Part shown: piece after piece, positions 14,367 through 25,135 of the stretch
Layout of the letters: each line of letters opens with the position of its first letter
Numbering within the stretch: the first letter of the stretch is position 1
Assembly: GCA_025201805.1 (NCBI GenBank)
Contig: MU619272.1
Coordinates: 1-64,000, forward strand
Direction of reading: 5' to 3'
Length of the DNA stretch: 64,000 nucleotides
Source of the DNA: Parasitella parasitica NRRL 2501
Taxonomy: Eukaryota; Fungi; Mucoromycota
Position numbers and translations under genes: made by a program
Notes under the pieces: model-generated
The model's input: only the letters and a program-made list of their open reading frames with translations
What the model was told of the DNA's origin: nothing
The model's database searches: none

Positions 14367-15182
14367 ATGTATACGTAATGTATTATGGTTTGCTGTGCAA
14401 TCGTTTTATGACACATATTAACCAATGGATGTAGAACACCAACGCATGACCAAGTCTACGTACCCGAGACTTTGCTGAAAAAGCTAAAGACTGTCGAGAA
14501 GACAGAAACAGAAAAGCAACTCATCAAAACACAAACACACAAAGAGAATCGAGATACCCGCAAAGCCATCTTCAAAAAAGCAGACGCCTATATAAAAGAG
14601 TATAGACAACGGGAGAGCGATGATTTGAGGCTGCGCAGACAAGCCAAATCACAAGGCAACTTCCACATTCCAGCACAACCACAGCTACTATTCGTCATTC
14701 GCATCAGTGGCATCAACGATGTTCACCCCAAAGTAAAAAAAGTGTTACAACTATTCCGCTTACTGCAGATAAACAATGGCGTTTTCATCCGCATCAACAA
14801 GGCAACATCCCAGATGCTTCAAATCATTGAGCCCTACGTTACCTATGGCCCTCCCAACCTGAAAACCGTCAGAGAGCTTGTTTACAAACGAGGCTACGCC
14901 AAAAGCAGCGGCCAGCGATTACCTCTTTCCGATAACAAAATCATCAGCGACAATCTAGGGCAATTTAGCATTATCTGTGTAGAGGACATTATTCATGAAA
15001 TATTCACTGTTGGACCTCATTTTAAACAGGTCAACAATTTTCTTTGGCCCTTCAAGTTGAGTAACCCCAATGGACATAAAAAGGTATCGTGGAAACCTAG
15101 AAAGCTTAAGCATTATGTGGAAGGCGGTGACGCTGGTGATCGTGAGTTTGATATCAATAAATTGGTACAATCCATGAACTAG
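14367..15182 (+). CDS. RPL7: Divergent 60S ribosomal protein L7 (uL30) paralog; 8-nt first exon, then a single large exon from 14435
   Basis: VPETLLKK, LRLRRQAK, LFRLLQINNGVF, ELVYKRGY, NNFLWPFKL, EGGDAGDRE. Confidence 0.88.
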
Positions 15183-16645
15183 CAGCTATTCATTGAATAT
15201 ATATTACGAGTTGTACAATAATACCCTCTTTGTTACTCCTCTTTGTAACTGTAAATAATGTAATAAAAAATGATGATAGACCGTAATCCAGGCTGTATAA
15301 AAGCAATGTCTATACATGAAAAAATGGCTAGATAAAACAACGACTTTTGTATAAAAAAATACACATAAATGCTTCTAACTTTGCATCAAGGAAAACCAAT
15401 TCATTTTCTATACTTGCCTGAACACCGCCACAATCAGGGCTATTTGATACATACATTATTTCCACTGAGCAACGCATATATCTCTTATTTATCCACAAAA
15501 TTTGTTCTTTTTGACTGAAATAATAGCAGCAATGATATGGCCAATCTTTCGGGCTATTCAATAAACCAGTTTGTTTCTTACCATCATGATAACCACCGCC
15601 TTTTCTGCTAAAATTCAAAACGAAGACTTCTTCCAATGATGAAACCTAGCCATTAAATGGTTTACGAACTTAATCCTCGCCATGATTATACTAATTATGT
15701 GTTTATTACAAATCTATTAATTACTCTCTCGAAAACTGGTGATTGGTATAAAACAAAAGCTATCATCATATATCTGCCCTTGTCGTTTGCTTTAATCTTT
15801 TATTTTTATATGCAAATGCTAACTTTCTTGAATAACATATATATATACACTTAATAGAGCATATAGAGAAAAAGCTGCTTCAATTGTCAATTGGCCGATA
15901 TACCATAGAGAAGATAGATAGAAAAGGATTCGTGGGTTGTTGCTTAAGGCTGAAACCATCATACTGTTTGCAACAAAAATGAACATCGGATTTAAGATGG
16001 TAAAAATGGCATCATCGAGAACGCATGGATGCTTTAGAATTTTTGTGAGAAATCTGTCTTGATTGTTAGAAATTCTTACGAGTGATCTTGTTTTCGTTCT
16101 TCTGATGGCTGTACCACCAAATTTGAGTTTTTTTTTCTTTCTAGATATGAGCCATATATCAATGTACGCGAGATAATACATGTGGGACCCTCACATGTAT
16201 AATATAGGTTTATCTCTTTAGCAATCCCAAACTATGGTCGATCTCGAGGGTAAGTATATCGTGTTCTGAATATCTCATGATGGCGTTTTAATAAATTACT
16301 ATAAAGGGTGACATTCCATGTTATAGTGATTCATAAACCAAGTGCAATATATGAATTCTCCTACGTATTCCTGTTTTGAGCATTTTACTTATTGATCAGT
16401 TGATCTTTTCATTGTTATTCTACATTTTGACTTTTTGCAGCATACAGCCGAACTGTAAATTGTTTCGTTGGAACTTTTTGAATGTTCTAACAAAGAGGGC
16501 TGGATCCTTAATTTTTCATTGTTGTATACGGATATCATTAGCACCGTCGATCAAATTAAAGGAGATGCGAGAGGAAAGAAAGAAAGTCTAATTAATGCAT
16601 TTTAATCATATACTGTTAATGGGGGGGGGGAGGGGTTATTAAATA

Positions 16646-17143
16646 TCAGATGGTTCTGGACAACTCTTCTAGCATATCGTGTAATATATTACTTGCAGCT
16701 ACCTTTTGTGCTAATTCTGTCAAATCCTATTGTCAAGAAAGGCATCTGTTAATCCTGCAATGCGGTTTGCATCTTCTTTATTATACCTTTAAAAGTATGT
16801 CTTGCTCATCAGGTAAAGATAAAAATCTATAATTTTTTATGATGTACAAGTATAAATCGTTGCTGAGGAACACATTTTGTAACAGTTCTTTAAAGAATCT
16901 ATGTAGTGCATGCGATAGTTCGTCTGCCGAAGGTATAATGTAGCCACTTTGATGATGTGCTCTGTCTTGTAATTCTCTGCATTCTTGCGGTTGCAACAAA
17001 CTCAATTCTGTTTCGATATAAACACACCTATCGGCCGACTTCTGAATAAACTCGACGTCCCAATTCTTCACAACATCAAGCTTTGATTGTTCTAATAGTT
17101 CTGTAAAAGAGATGATTGTTTTTAAAAGTTCTTCATTATCCAT
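16646..17143 (-). CDS. FANCF: FANCF-like protein, N-terminal domain only (145 aa; exons 16787-17143, 16646-16726)
   Basis: Residue pattern matches the remembered human FANCF N-terminal ~145 aa along its whole length: FTELLEQS...VKNWD, LSHA...LLQN..L, LLKDLTELAQKVAASNIL. Confidence 0.7.
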
Positions 17144-17243
17144 GTGTAATTATTTATGTATATGTAGAGAAGAAGGAAAGCCTACGGTATAGACTGGAGA
17201 TACTGTATCCGTATGATGTGACTATTACAACATAAGACGGACA

Positions 17244-18209
17244 CTAAAAGCGTTCATCTAGAACACGAAGCTGTACAAATGTCTTGAGTGCCTTTTCATA
17301 GACACCTAAAAAGATACTTCCACCGATGGAGATCCACATGACACGGGGACCAACACCTGAAAACAAGGCTCGGGGGCCCTCTTCAGTAGCAATTCGTTTC
17401 ATGGTAGAAATAATACCATCATAATGTTTTGTGCTTTGATTTTTGGTGGACAACATGATACGAGTTTTGCAAACATCCAGAGGCGTAGTTGCACCAGCAG
17501 CAATAGCGCCAGCTAAGGAGCCCATCAATGCAGCTTCATAAGGCTCAGTGCGACGACCTTTGACGGTAGCATATGTACGTTTGAAGTATTCATACAAAGG
17601 AAATTGGATACATGTAAATGGAATTTCTCTGGCTACAGTTGATAGAAATCCGCGATACATGCCCAAGACACCTTCAGTACGTAAAACATGCGAAACAGCA
17701 GCAGATGTCTTTGTGAATTGTTTGGTTTGCATACGCTGTTTGATGACTTCGGTAGGCACGCGCACTGTGCAAGCAACAGTTTCGCCACACGAAGCAGCTG
17801 CCATGTGGATGAGTGGTGCATATTGAGCATTGTCTATAGTGGCCCCCATTAAGCGTTTAGTAGCCTCATATGTGACGAAAAATAACGATGCTGATCAAGA
17901 CAAAATGTCAGTTTGATTAATAGACGTATCTACATCAATTACCTCCAGGTGCGCTGCCAATGACTGCAGTTAATAATCCAGAGTAAACGCCTCGGAATCC
18001 ACCTGAGGCTAGAAACCCTTGTTGAGATTGTAGTCTAGTTTTAATAGTATCTATCGTTTATACGATCAACTGTCAAAATTGTTGAATTGGGTGGGGAAAT
18101 AAATCTTACCTAAGGGAAAAAGTGCTGTATCAACTGCAGTACCGGCGCAAGCACCAGCAACCAAGGCCTGTTTCAAGTTGCCGATTTGATGCGAGTTATT
18201 TTCACTCAT
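17244..18209 (-). CDS. SAM5: Mitochondrial S-adenosylmethionine carrier (SLC25A26/Sam5), 3 exons
   Basis: [79 protein letters not shown]. Confidence 0.93.
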
Positions 18210-19023
18210 GAAATGGTATATATTCTGGTTTTTTTTTATAAAAACCAAAAAAATTGTAAATTGCCCCTTGTTCCACTGGAATAAACCAGACACACAGTTG
18301 TTGCAGTTTGGTAAGCATTTGTGCTGGGGGTGATCTCCGATCAAAAAAGAGATTGTAAGCATCTGTAGTGGCACAGACGATTAAGAGAGCTTTTTTTTGT
18401 TTTTAAATTTATCCAACCCAACACATTGGCTCTCGATTAGTACTTTTATGTAGAGTCAATATGCTTCTATCATGAAATTATGGAAGCATATTCTTGACAT
18501 GTGTTATGAGCATTCCTTGCCCTTCTTCTTTCCTCAGGTGTGTTCGGGATGCAGTGCCTGATTGTTAAATGATTTGTTGCTAAGGATCGGGATTTATACT
18601 TCAAAATGTGTCGATCTTGATTGCTGTCAAATCAGGTATCCATAGCAACAATGTCCAGTTTAAATTGCTATGCATATTTTGGTTTTGTGTGTATCTTACA
18701 TAGGAGGGCCATGCACAAGGAGGAAAAGGAGTTAAAAAAAGATCAAACGATAAAAAACACACATCACCCCCTTCCTCCCACATTAGCTCAGTGCTGTACA
18801 TATCATATGTATTAATTTAACTAATAGATGTGCATCGTACATGACGAAAATAAGAAAGATCTCGTTGACTTTTACTGCATTTAATGCAACTTATTGATAA
18901 ATGATAAAAACAAAGAATTAACTTTTTATAATGGAGTGTGAAAACTGGAACACGGTACCACTCTAACTTTTTTCTCTAATATATATTTTTTTTTAGTAAT
19001 TTGCTATAATCTTTATCCCAACA

Positions 19024-19968
19024 ATGAACACTAGAAAGGTTCCCAACAAAAGTCTTCTCTGGCTAAAATCAACCCTAAAAGACAGCAAGGACTTCAGGCA
19101 ATATGTTCATCAAAATTTTAGTAGTATAAACGAGATGGAACAAGCGCGTTCGGGTGGGCTATTGTACCAACATGAGATCGCCAAAAGAAACAAGAAGCTC
19201 AATCGTTACTATAATATTGTACCTTTTGATAATAACTGCATCAAATTGACAGACACACGATTGGGCTGTACAAGCGATGACTATATTAATGCAAGTTGGA
19301 TTGTAGCACCATATGATATCCCCCAAACCTATATAGCAACTCAGGGTCCAACATCATCCACGTTGGTCGACTTTTGGCGCATGGTAATTGAGAAGCATGT
19401 GCCTGTAATCGTGTGTCTGACACCACAGATCGAGAATGGTATAGAAAAATGTGGCCGCTATTGGCCATTGATGGACGAGGAATTGATATTGAAGGCCGTA
19501 AATAGTAATATAAAGGTAGTGGTGAAGAATATTAAAAAGGAAAGAAAGGACACGGAAGCGGATTGTATTGTAAGGTCTATATTAGTAGAGTTTTACTATA
19601 ATGGCCAAGACGAGGATATATTGATTGAACAAGCAAGAGTGACCCAGCTACAGTTTCTGGGATGGCCAGATCATGGTGTTCCTAAAGAAACCAACAATGT
19701 CATTGCATTGATTCAGTTAACACGGCAGTTGCAAGAAACAAATAAGCCGGTGTTGGTCCATTGCAGTGCTGGCTGTGGGAGAACGGGCACATTTTGTGTC
19801 ATTGATTCAGTTGAAGCATTTTTAAGAATGGGCAAAAATTGTTTGATAGACCCCGTCTTTGCTATCACTGACGAATTCCGTAAACAGCGAACCACGATGG
19901 TCCAAGCAGAATCCCAATTTGCTTTTTGTTACAAAGCTCTGCTTGACTTTATCAATCAGGAAGAATGA
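19024..19968 (+). CDS. Classical non-receptor protein tyrosine phosphatase, intronless
   Basis: NRY, DYINAS, YIATQGP, DFWRMV, WPDHG, HCSAGCGRTG and the Q-loop QAESQF. Confidence 0.95.
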   Translation: MNTRKVPNKSLLWLKSTLKDSKDFRQYVHQNFSSINEMEQARSGGLLYQHEIAKRNKKLNRYYNIVPFDNNCIKLTDTRLGCTSDDYINASWIVAPYDIPQTYIATQGPTSSTLVDFWRMVIEKHVPVIVCLTPQIENGIEKCGRYWPLMDEELILKAVNSNIKVVVKNIKKERKDTEADCIVRSILVEFYYNGQDEDILIEQARVTQLQFLGWPDHGVPKETNNVIALIQLTRQLQETNKPVLVHCSAGCGRTGTFCVIDSVEAFLRMGKNCLIDPVFAITDEFRKQRTTMVQAESQFAFCYKALLDFINQEE

Positions 19969-20844
19969 ATTCCTCAAAATAAAAAGTAAATAAAAGACAC
20001 CTCCTTTTCACTATGGTAATAATAATATCTGATCTGCTCCAATTTTACGCTGAATACACGTTGTACAAGAATATATGTATAGATTTATAAAAAAGGAGCA
20101 TTTATTCACATTAGGAGCTGTCATTTTGATTGTTTTTATTCTTTTTGGAGCAGGGAAAGGGAACATTTGGTAATATAATAATAATATAGGAAATAATGAA
20201 AATTGTGTAGCGTGAAATACCCCCCTCCCTTCATCTCTCCTTTGCGATACACATATTGATCACCACCATGATGAGTTTGTCTACAGTATCTATGGTATAG
20301 GGGGGGGAGTAATCAAGAAATTAAGAAATATACCATAAACCCCATTGTTTCCCTTTTTTCTATTCGATCGATGTATTTATATTTGCTATCAGGGAATGCT
20401 GATCTAATATATAAACCTTATAATATTTCATTGTGGTCATATGTATATATCTTGTGTGAGTGCGTGCCAGTTTTTCTCAGTGGGTAAATGATAGAACCCT
20501 TTCGTTTTTTGTTGTCAGTTAAATAACTTCAGGAGCCAACATTCCATATGTAAGAAAAAAAAAGAAAAAGAAAATAGAGATCAAAGACATTTGTTTGCCT
20601 GTTTGCTTGTTTGTCTGTCTATATCATGAAATACAATCTACATTTGCTCCTAACAGAATCCAAATTTTAATAAAATGTCCATGATGAATTACACAAGCAA
20701 TCCCCATCCCATTTGGGTCTTTTGATAGACGCCCCTTAATATTTGATTATTCCTTTAGCATTTAAATAGTCGGGTTATTTTCTGCATTTATCTATTTTTC
20801 TCTCTTTTTTTTTTCTTTTTTACTTACATCTTTAGAATTTAATA

Positions 20845-21924
20845 ATGGCATATCAACATCAAATCAATTTCATCAATAACCCAACAATAAAGGAAGAGTA
20901 TCCTGCTCCAATTCAAACCACCACCTCTCACTTGTCACAGCATCCATTCCATCCTCTATTACTCGCAAACTACACTCTTGGAGAGGAATTAGGCTCTGGA
21001 GGCTATGGTTTCGTCGTGTCAGCTTTTGAAAAGAAGACTGGCATTGAAAGAGCTATCAAATTCATTTTTCGCAACAAGATTCCTGCACACAGTTGGGTCA
21101 AAGATCCAGAACTCGGTCCAATTCCTATGGAGATCTACATTTTGAAAAACGTTCGTCATTCCAGTGTCATTGGCTATGTAGATTCGTACCAAGACAATAA
21201 TTTTTGCTATCTTGTAATGGAATTGCATGGCACTTCATGGTCATCCACATCGACTGAATCTGAATTGTCGTCCCCAAGATCACCTGCATTATCAGAAACT
21301 TCTTCTTTTGGTAGCACAAACTCTTACTGCTCAACTCCTTCAGAAGAGTATCCATCCTTTTTGGAGCAGCAACAGCCCGTCATCAAAAGACGTACCTCGT
21401 GCGATTTATTTGAATGCATCGAGCGTCATAACAACTTTGAAGAGCCTCTTGCCAGAATGATTTTTAAGCAGATTGCATCCTGCGTTGCCCATTTGGACTT
21501 GCTCGGTGTTTGCCATCGTGATATCAAAGACGAAAACATTGTCATTGACGATAAATTCCAAGTAAAGCTCATTGACTTTGGCTCTTCAGTCCTATTACCT
21601 CGTCATTTCGGAGACAACAAAAACTACCTATTCAACCAATTCTACGGCACTGTCAGTTTCGCCTCACCAGAAATCTTATTAGGCAGACCCTACCGTGCTG
21701 AACCTGCAGAAATCTGGTCCCTTGGTGTGCTACTTTACACCATCTTATTTGGTGAGGTTCCTTTCCATGACTCTAATATGGCAATTGCTGGCCAGTTTGT
21801 TCAACCCAAAATTAATGTATCTCAAGAATGCTTCTCTTTAATCTCTTGGATGCTGAGTCGTTCTCCCGAACACAGACCTACTATCCACCAAGTACTATTA
21901 CACCCTTGGTTTTCCAACGCTTAA
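20845..21924 (+). CDS. PIM/PASK-family Ser/Thr kinase without PAS domains, intronless
   Basis: GSGGYG, AIK, PMEIYIL, HRDIKDEN, IDFGS, FYGTVSFASPE, IWSLGVLLY. Confidence 0.92.
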   Translation: MAYQHQINFINNPTIKEEYPAPIQTTTSHLSQHPFHPLLLANYTLGEELGSGGYGFVVSAFEKKTGIERAIKFIFRNKIPAHSWVKDPELGPIPMEIYILKNVRHSSVIGYVDSYQDNNFCYLVMELHGTSWSSTSTESELSSPRSPALSETSSFGSTNSYCSTPSEEYPSFLEQQQPVIKRRTSCDLFECIERHNNFEEPLARMIFKQIASCVAHLDLLGVCHRDIKDENIVIDDKFQVKLIDFGSSVLLPRHFGDNKNYLFNQFYGTVSFASPEILLGRPYRAEPAEIWSLGVLLYTILFGEVPFHDSNMAIAGQFVQPKINVSQECFSLISWMLSRSPEHRPTIHQVLLHPWFSNA

Positions 21925-22385
21925 ATCATGGAATCAAACAAAATTACTATACTGAACTCCTTACTTTATCTCCCTTTTATTAATTTATACACACACAATC
22001 ACACATTTTTAATGAGCCAATTTTTTTTGCATACATTACACACAAACCACATAATTTGCATGAATCTATTTTATACCTTTTTCTTATAAGCACACATTTT
22101 TCCCCCTGTCATCCTCTTTTTCATTTTTTTCTGCTTCTTTTTTTCTCGTTTATCCTCCCTCCATTCAAAAATTATTAATTTCTCTGCAAAGAAAAGGAAA
22201 AGAAAAAAAAAAAAAAGAGAGAGAGGTACAACAATATACCATTATGCTCCACAATTTATTGAATCCTTAAACTTTACAACCACCCATTCTATGACGTTTT
22301 TTTTATATTAATTCCATCTCTAATCTGTACATACATATAATAATAATTCCCAATAAATGATAATCCTTTATTACTTTTTTTTTTT

Positions 22386-23200
22386 TCAATTGCTCTTCTT
22401 CTTCTCCCAAGCTTTTGCCAATTGTCTGATCCTCTCGATCTCGCATATACCTTCCACCGAGTCATCCTCCAATGCTTCAAATACAGCATGTGCAATATCG
22501 CTATCCAAAAGTGGACGGTCCGTAAAATACATTGCTTCTTTAGGGACATACGATGTAAGGGGTTTGAGAATGGCAGAGCCTACAATCAGTCCAAGTGCCA
22601 AGGGAAGCATCAATTGACGGCGATGATAAGAGTAAATCAGCCCTATTCCATGCTGTCAATAAGATTATATCGCTTCTAGATTTTTTTTTATCACATACCT
22701 GGTCGAAGTACTACAACTCGGATCTTGCTTTTGAATACATCTCCCAATAATGCCTCTTCAGCTTCGCGTTTTGCTTGGATGTAACGCTCGTTCAACAGAT
22801 ATTTTGGAGGGGCATTAGCAGCCGAAAAGTAGACTAAGCAGCGTCTGTTGATATCGTCGTATTTAGAAGCCATCGTTTCAGCAATCGATATGGCAGCATC
22901 CCTGTTCAATCGATCATAGGTACCGTTTGCTCCGTACGTTTTGGATTGATCAAGCAAGGTACCTACCGTATGCACCACGTTCGGATTGGTTTCAAAAGCG
23001 ACTTGTAACGAGGTGGGGTCCAGCGCATCTCCTTTTATAAATGTCACGCCTTCTTTGCTGCTTTTGGCATCGGCGGTACGGGACAAAGCCAAGATATGAT
23101 GATTGTGATAATAAGGGAGTATCTTGTTCTTCTGAGATTCTCTGATTATTGCAGAGCCCATAAGTCCAGTACCACCAACAATGAGTAGAGAAGAAGCCAT
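22386..23200 (-). CDS. COQ11: COQ11-like atypical SDR / NAD(P)-binding protein, 2 exons
   Basis: LLIVGGTGLMGS, VVHTVGTLL, TYDRLNRDAA, YIQAKREAE, VLRPG. Confidence 0.75.
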
Positions 23201-24052
23201 TTTATTGCAAGGATTTGAAGAATAAACAGAAAAGAAATGATGAAATAACTTGAAGTATTTATCTATCAAAAAGATCAACAAATGACGTACTTTGTTTTTA
23301 ATTGTTTCCAAGTGGTTGTACTCGGAAGCCCATTTTTCAGCTTTGGGAATACACAGCATCTATATCTGAAAAAACGAATAGTTATGGGCTACAACTGACG
23401 CATTACGTATCCTTTCCAAAGCCCTTGCACTGCCACCGAATTTTCTTAAAGCAAGCAATGAACTGCAAGGTGCAATTGACATGGCACCAGAACTTTGTGC
23501 GTAATCCAAGACTACGTATCGTACAATCTACCTGTAATATTTGAGGTGATATGCTTGAAGATTAATAGATTATAGGACGCTAATTCTTTGACCAAGATCC
23601 TTATAAAATAATCTGGTTACAAAGGTCAAATCCGTCATGGATGAATAGCTAATTTTGTGGGGTATTTTAAAGATTTCAAAGGGTTTGGAAAACTGCTAAA
23701 GATGTAACCCTGTATTATGGACTTGTCTTGATTTGTTGAATAGACCGTTATTGCAATTTTTGACATTTATTTAGAAGATATACTCATGTCAGAAACACAG
23801 CTCAAAGTGCATTTGAGTACCATAGTAAATATAAACTGGATACGCAAAATCATGCAGTTTCAACATTATGCAATTCACTCAAACTTATTATGTTATATAT
23901 CCTTCATTTGGCAAGTTTTACGATTATGGGTTATGATACATTATGTTGGTTTTTATTAGCTATTTCTTTTGGTGATAATATAACAAATGCATCATGGTTT
24001 GCACTACACTTTTTTTTTTTTTGGTTTGTTTGTTTGCTTGTTTGAGCAGTAT

Positions 24053-24761
24053 TTACTTGGTAACTACAAGGATATAGGGAGCGTCATCAGTCAATTGACC
24101 GGAAAAAAACTTGACCTCTATAAAAACTTACCGCCAATTACGCCACAGGCCAAACGATCACCAGCATTACCAGTGGTCAGGGAGAGTTCGACTCCACCCA
24201 AACCAAGATCATCTTCATCAGCATGAACAATGACAGTGCGACTATAAAAGATTTTGTAAATATCCACATATTGTTTTTTAAAGATGGCAAAAAGCGCTTA
24301 CCCAATGATGGAAAGAGGACCAATCAACTTCAAATGAGTGTCTTCAACTTTCAAAGTGGCCTCACCAGCTTCGTTAGCGACGATGTTACCCAAATCACCA
24401 GCATGGCGAATTTCAGCATCGGGAGCACCGTGAGTCTTACCGGCAGGGTTATAGTGAGGACCGGCGGAAATACAACCTAAAAATTGTATTAGTCATTCAT
24501 TTGACAAAACGCGCAATGGCGAATTTGAAGCATATGTTGACTATGACCCTCCCGCCTTGGACAGTCAATCGAGTCGATTTTAGGTTATCAAAACTTACCA
24601 TTAGTGTTGTCTCCAAATTCGTGAATATGGAAACCATGCTTTCCGGGCTTCAAGCCAGTGAATTTAGCGTTAACGAGAACGGGGGCATTTTCAGTTTCTT
24701 GGGAGAACTTGACAGTACCAGAGACACCATTACCCTTGAGAACAGCAACAGCGTTGACCAT
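24053..24761 (-). CDS. SOD1: Cu/Zn superoxide dismutase, 4 exons; not in the ORF track
   Basis: [63 protein letters not shown]. Confidence 0.97.
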
Positions 24762-24844
24762 TTTGATTTATGTAAAATGTGAAATTTAGTAGCAAAAGGA
24801 AAAGAGAAGAGATAAAAAAAAAAAGGAATCTCAATAGACGCTCT

Positions 24845-24943
24845 CTTATATAGCAGAAAAAAGACGTGGGGTGGGTCAGGGTATAATGTTCTTACTTGAC
24901 TCTTCGCGTCATTGATGTTTAGTAAGCTAGCTCTTTAGCCAAT
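24845..24943 (-). promoter_or_regulatory. SOD1 promoter: TATA box (~24846-24852), Yap1/AP-1-like TTAGTAA (24919-24925), CCAAT (24939-24943)
   Basis: Consensus motifs 85-180 bp upstream of the SOD1 ATG. TTA(C/G)TAA is the Yap1/Pap1 response element. Confidence 0.5.
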
Positions 24944-25135
24944 AAAAAAGTGCATGCATTACATCAAAAAAGTTAAGGTTTGCTGGTCATATTTATTCGT
25001 GTGCAGTATATTTGAAACAGGTTTGTTTCATTCGCTGCTTACCATTTGTTGAATATAGTATTGATTTTATTGTAAAAAAAAAAGAATGAGATAAATACTA
25101 AACAGAGAATGTAGCTTGAAATTTTACGGGAATAT

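Noticed and set aside
15328-16181. Minus-strand ORFs downstream of the FANCF-like gene as possible extra exons
   Set aside because: No recognisable domain, and no in-frame splice path that I could support.
19024-21924. Adjacent intronless phosphatase and kinase as a functional pair or retrocopies
   Set aside because: They have different specificities, no poly(A)/TSD hallmarks, and belong to common families.
23407-23455. Perfect U12-type donor GTATCCTTT
   Set aside because: There is no supported plus-strand gene here and only a poor branch-site match.
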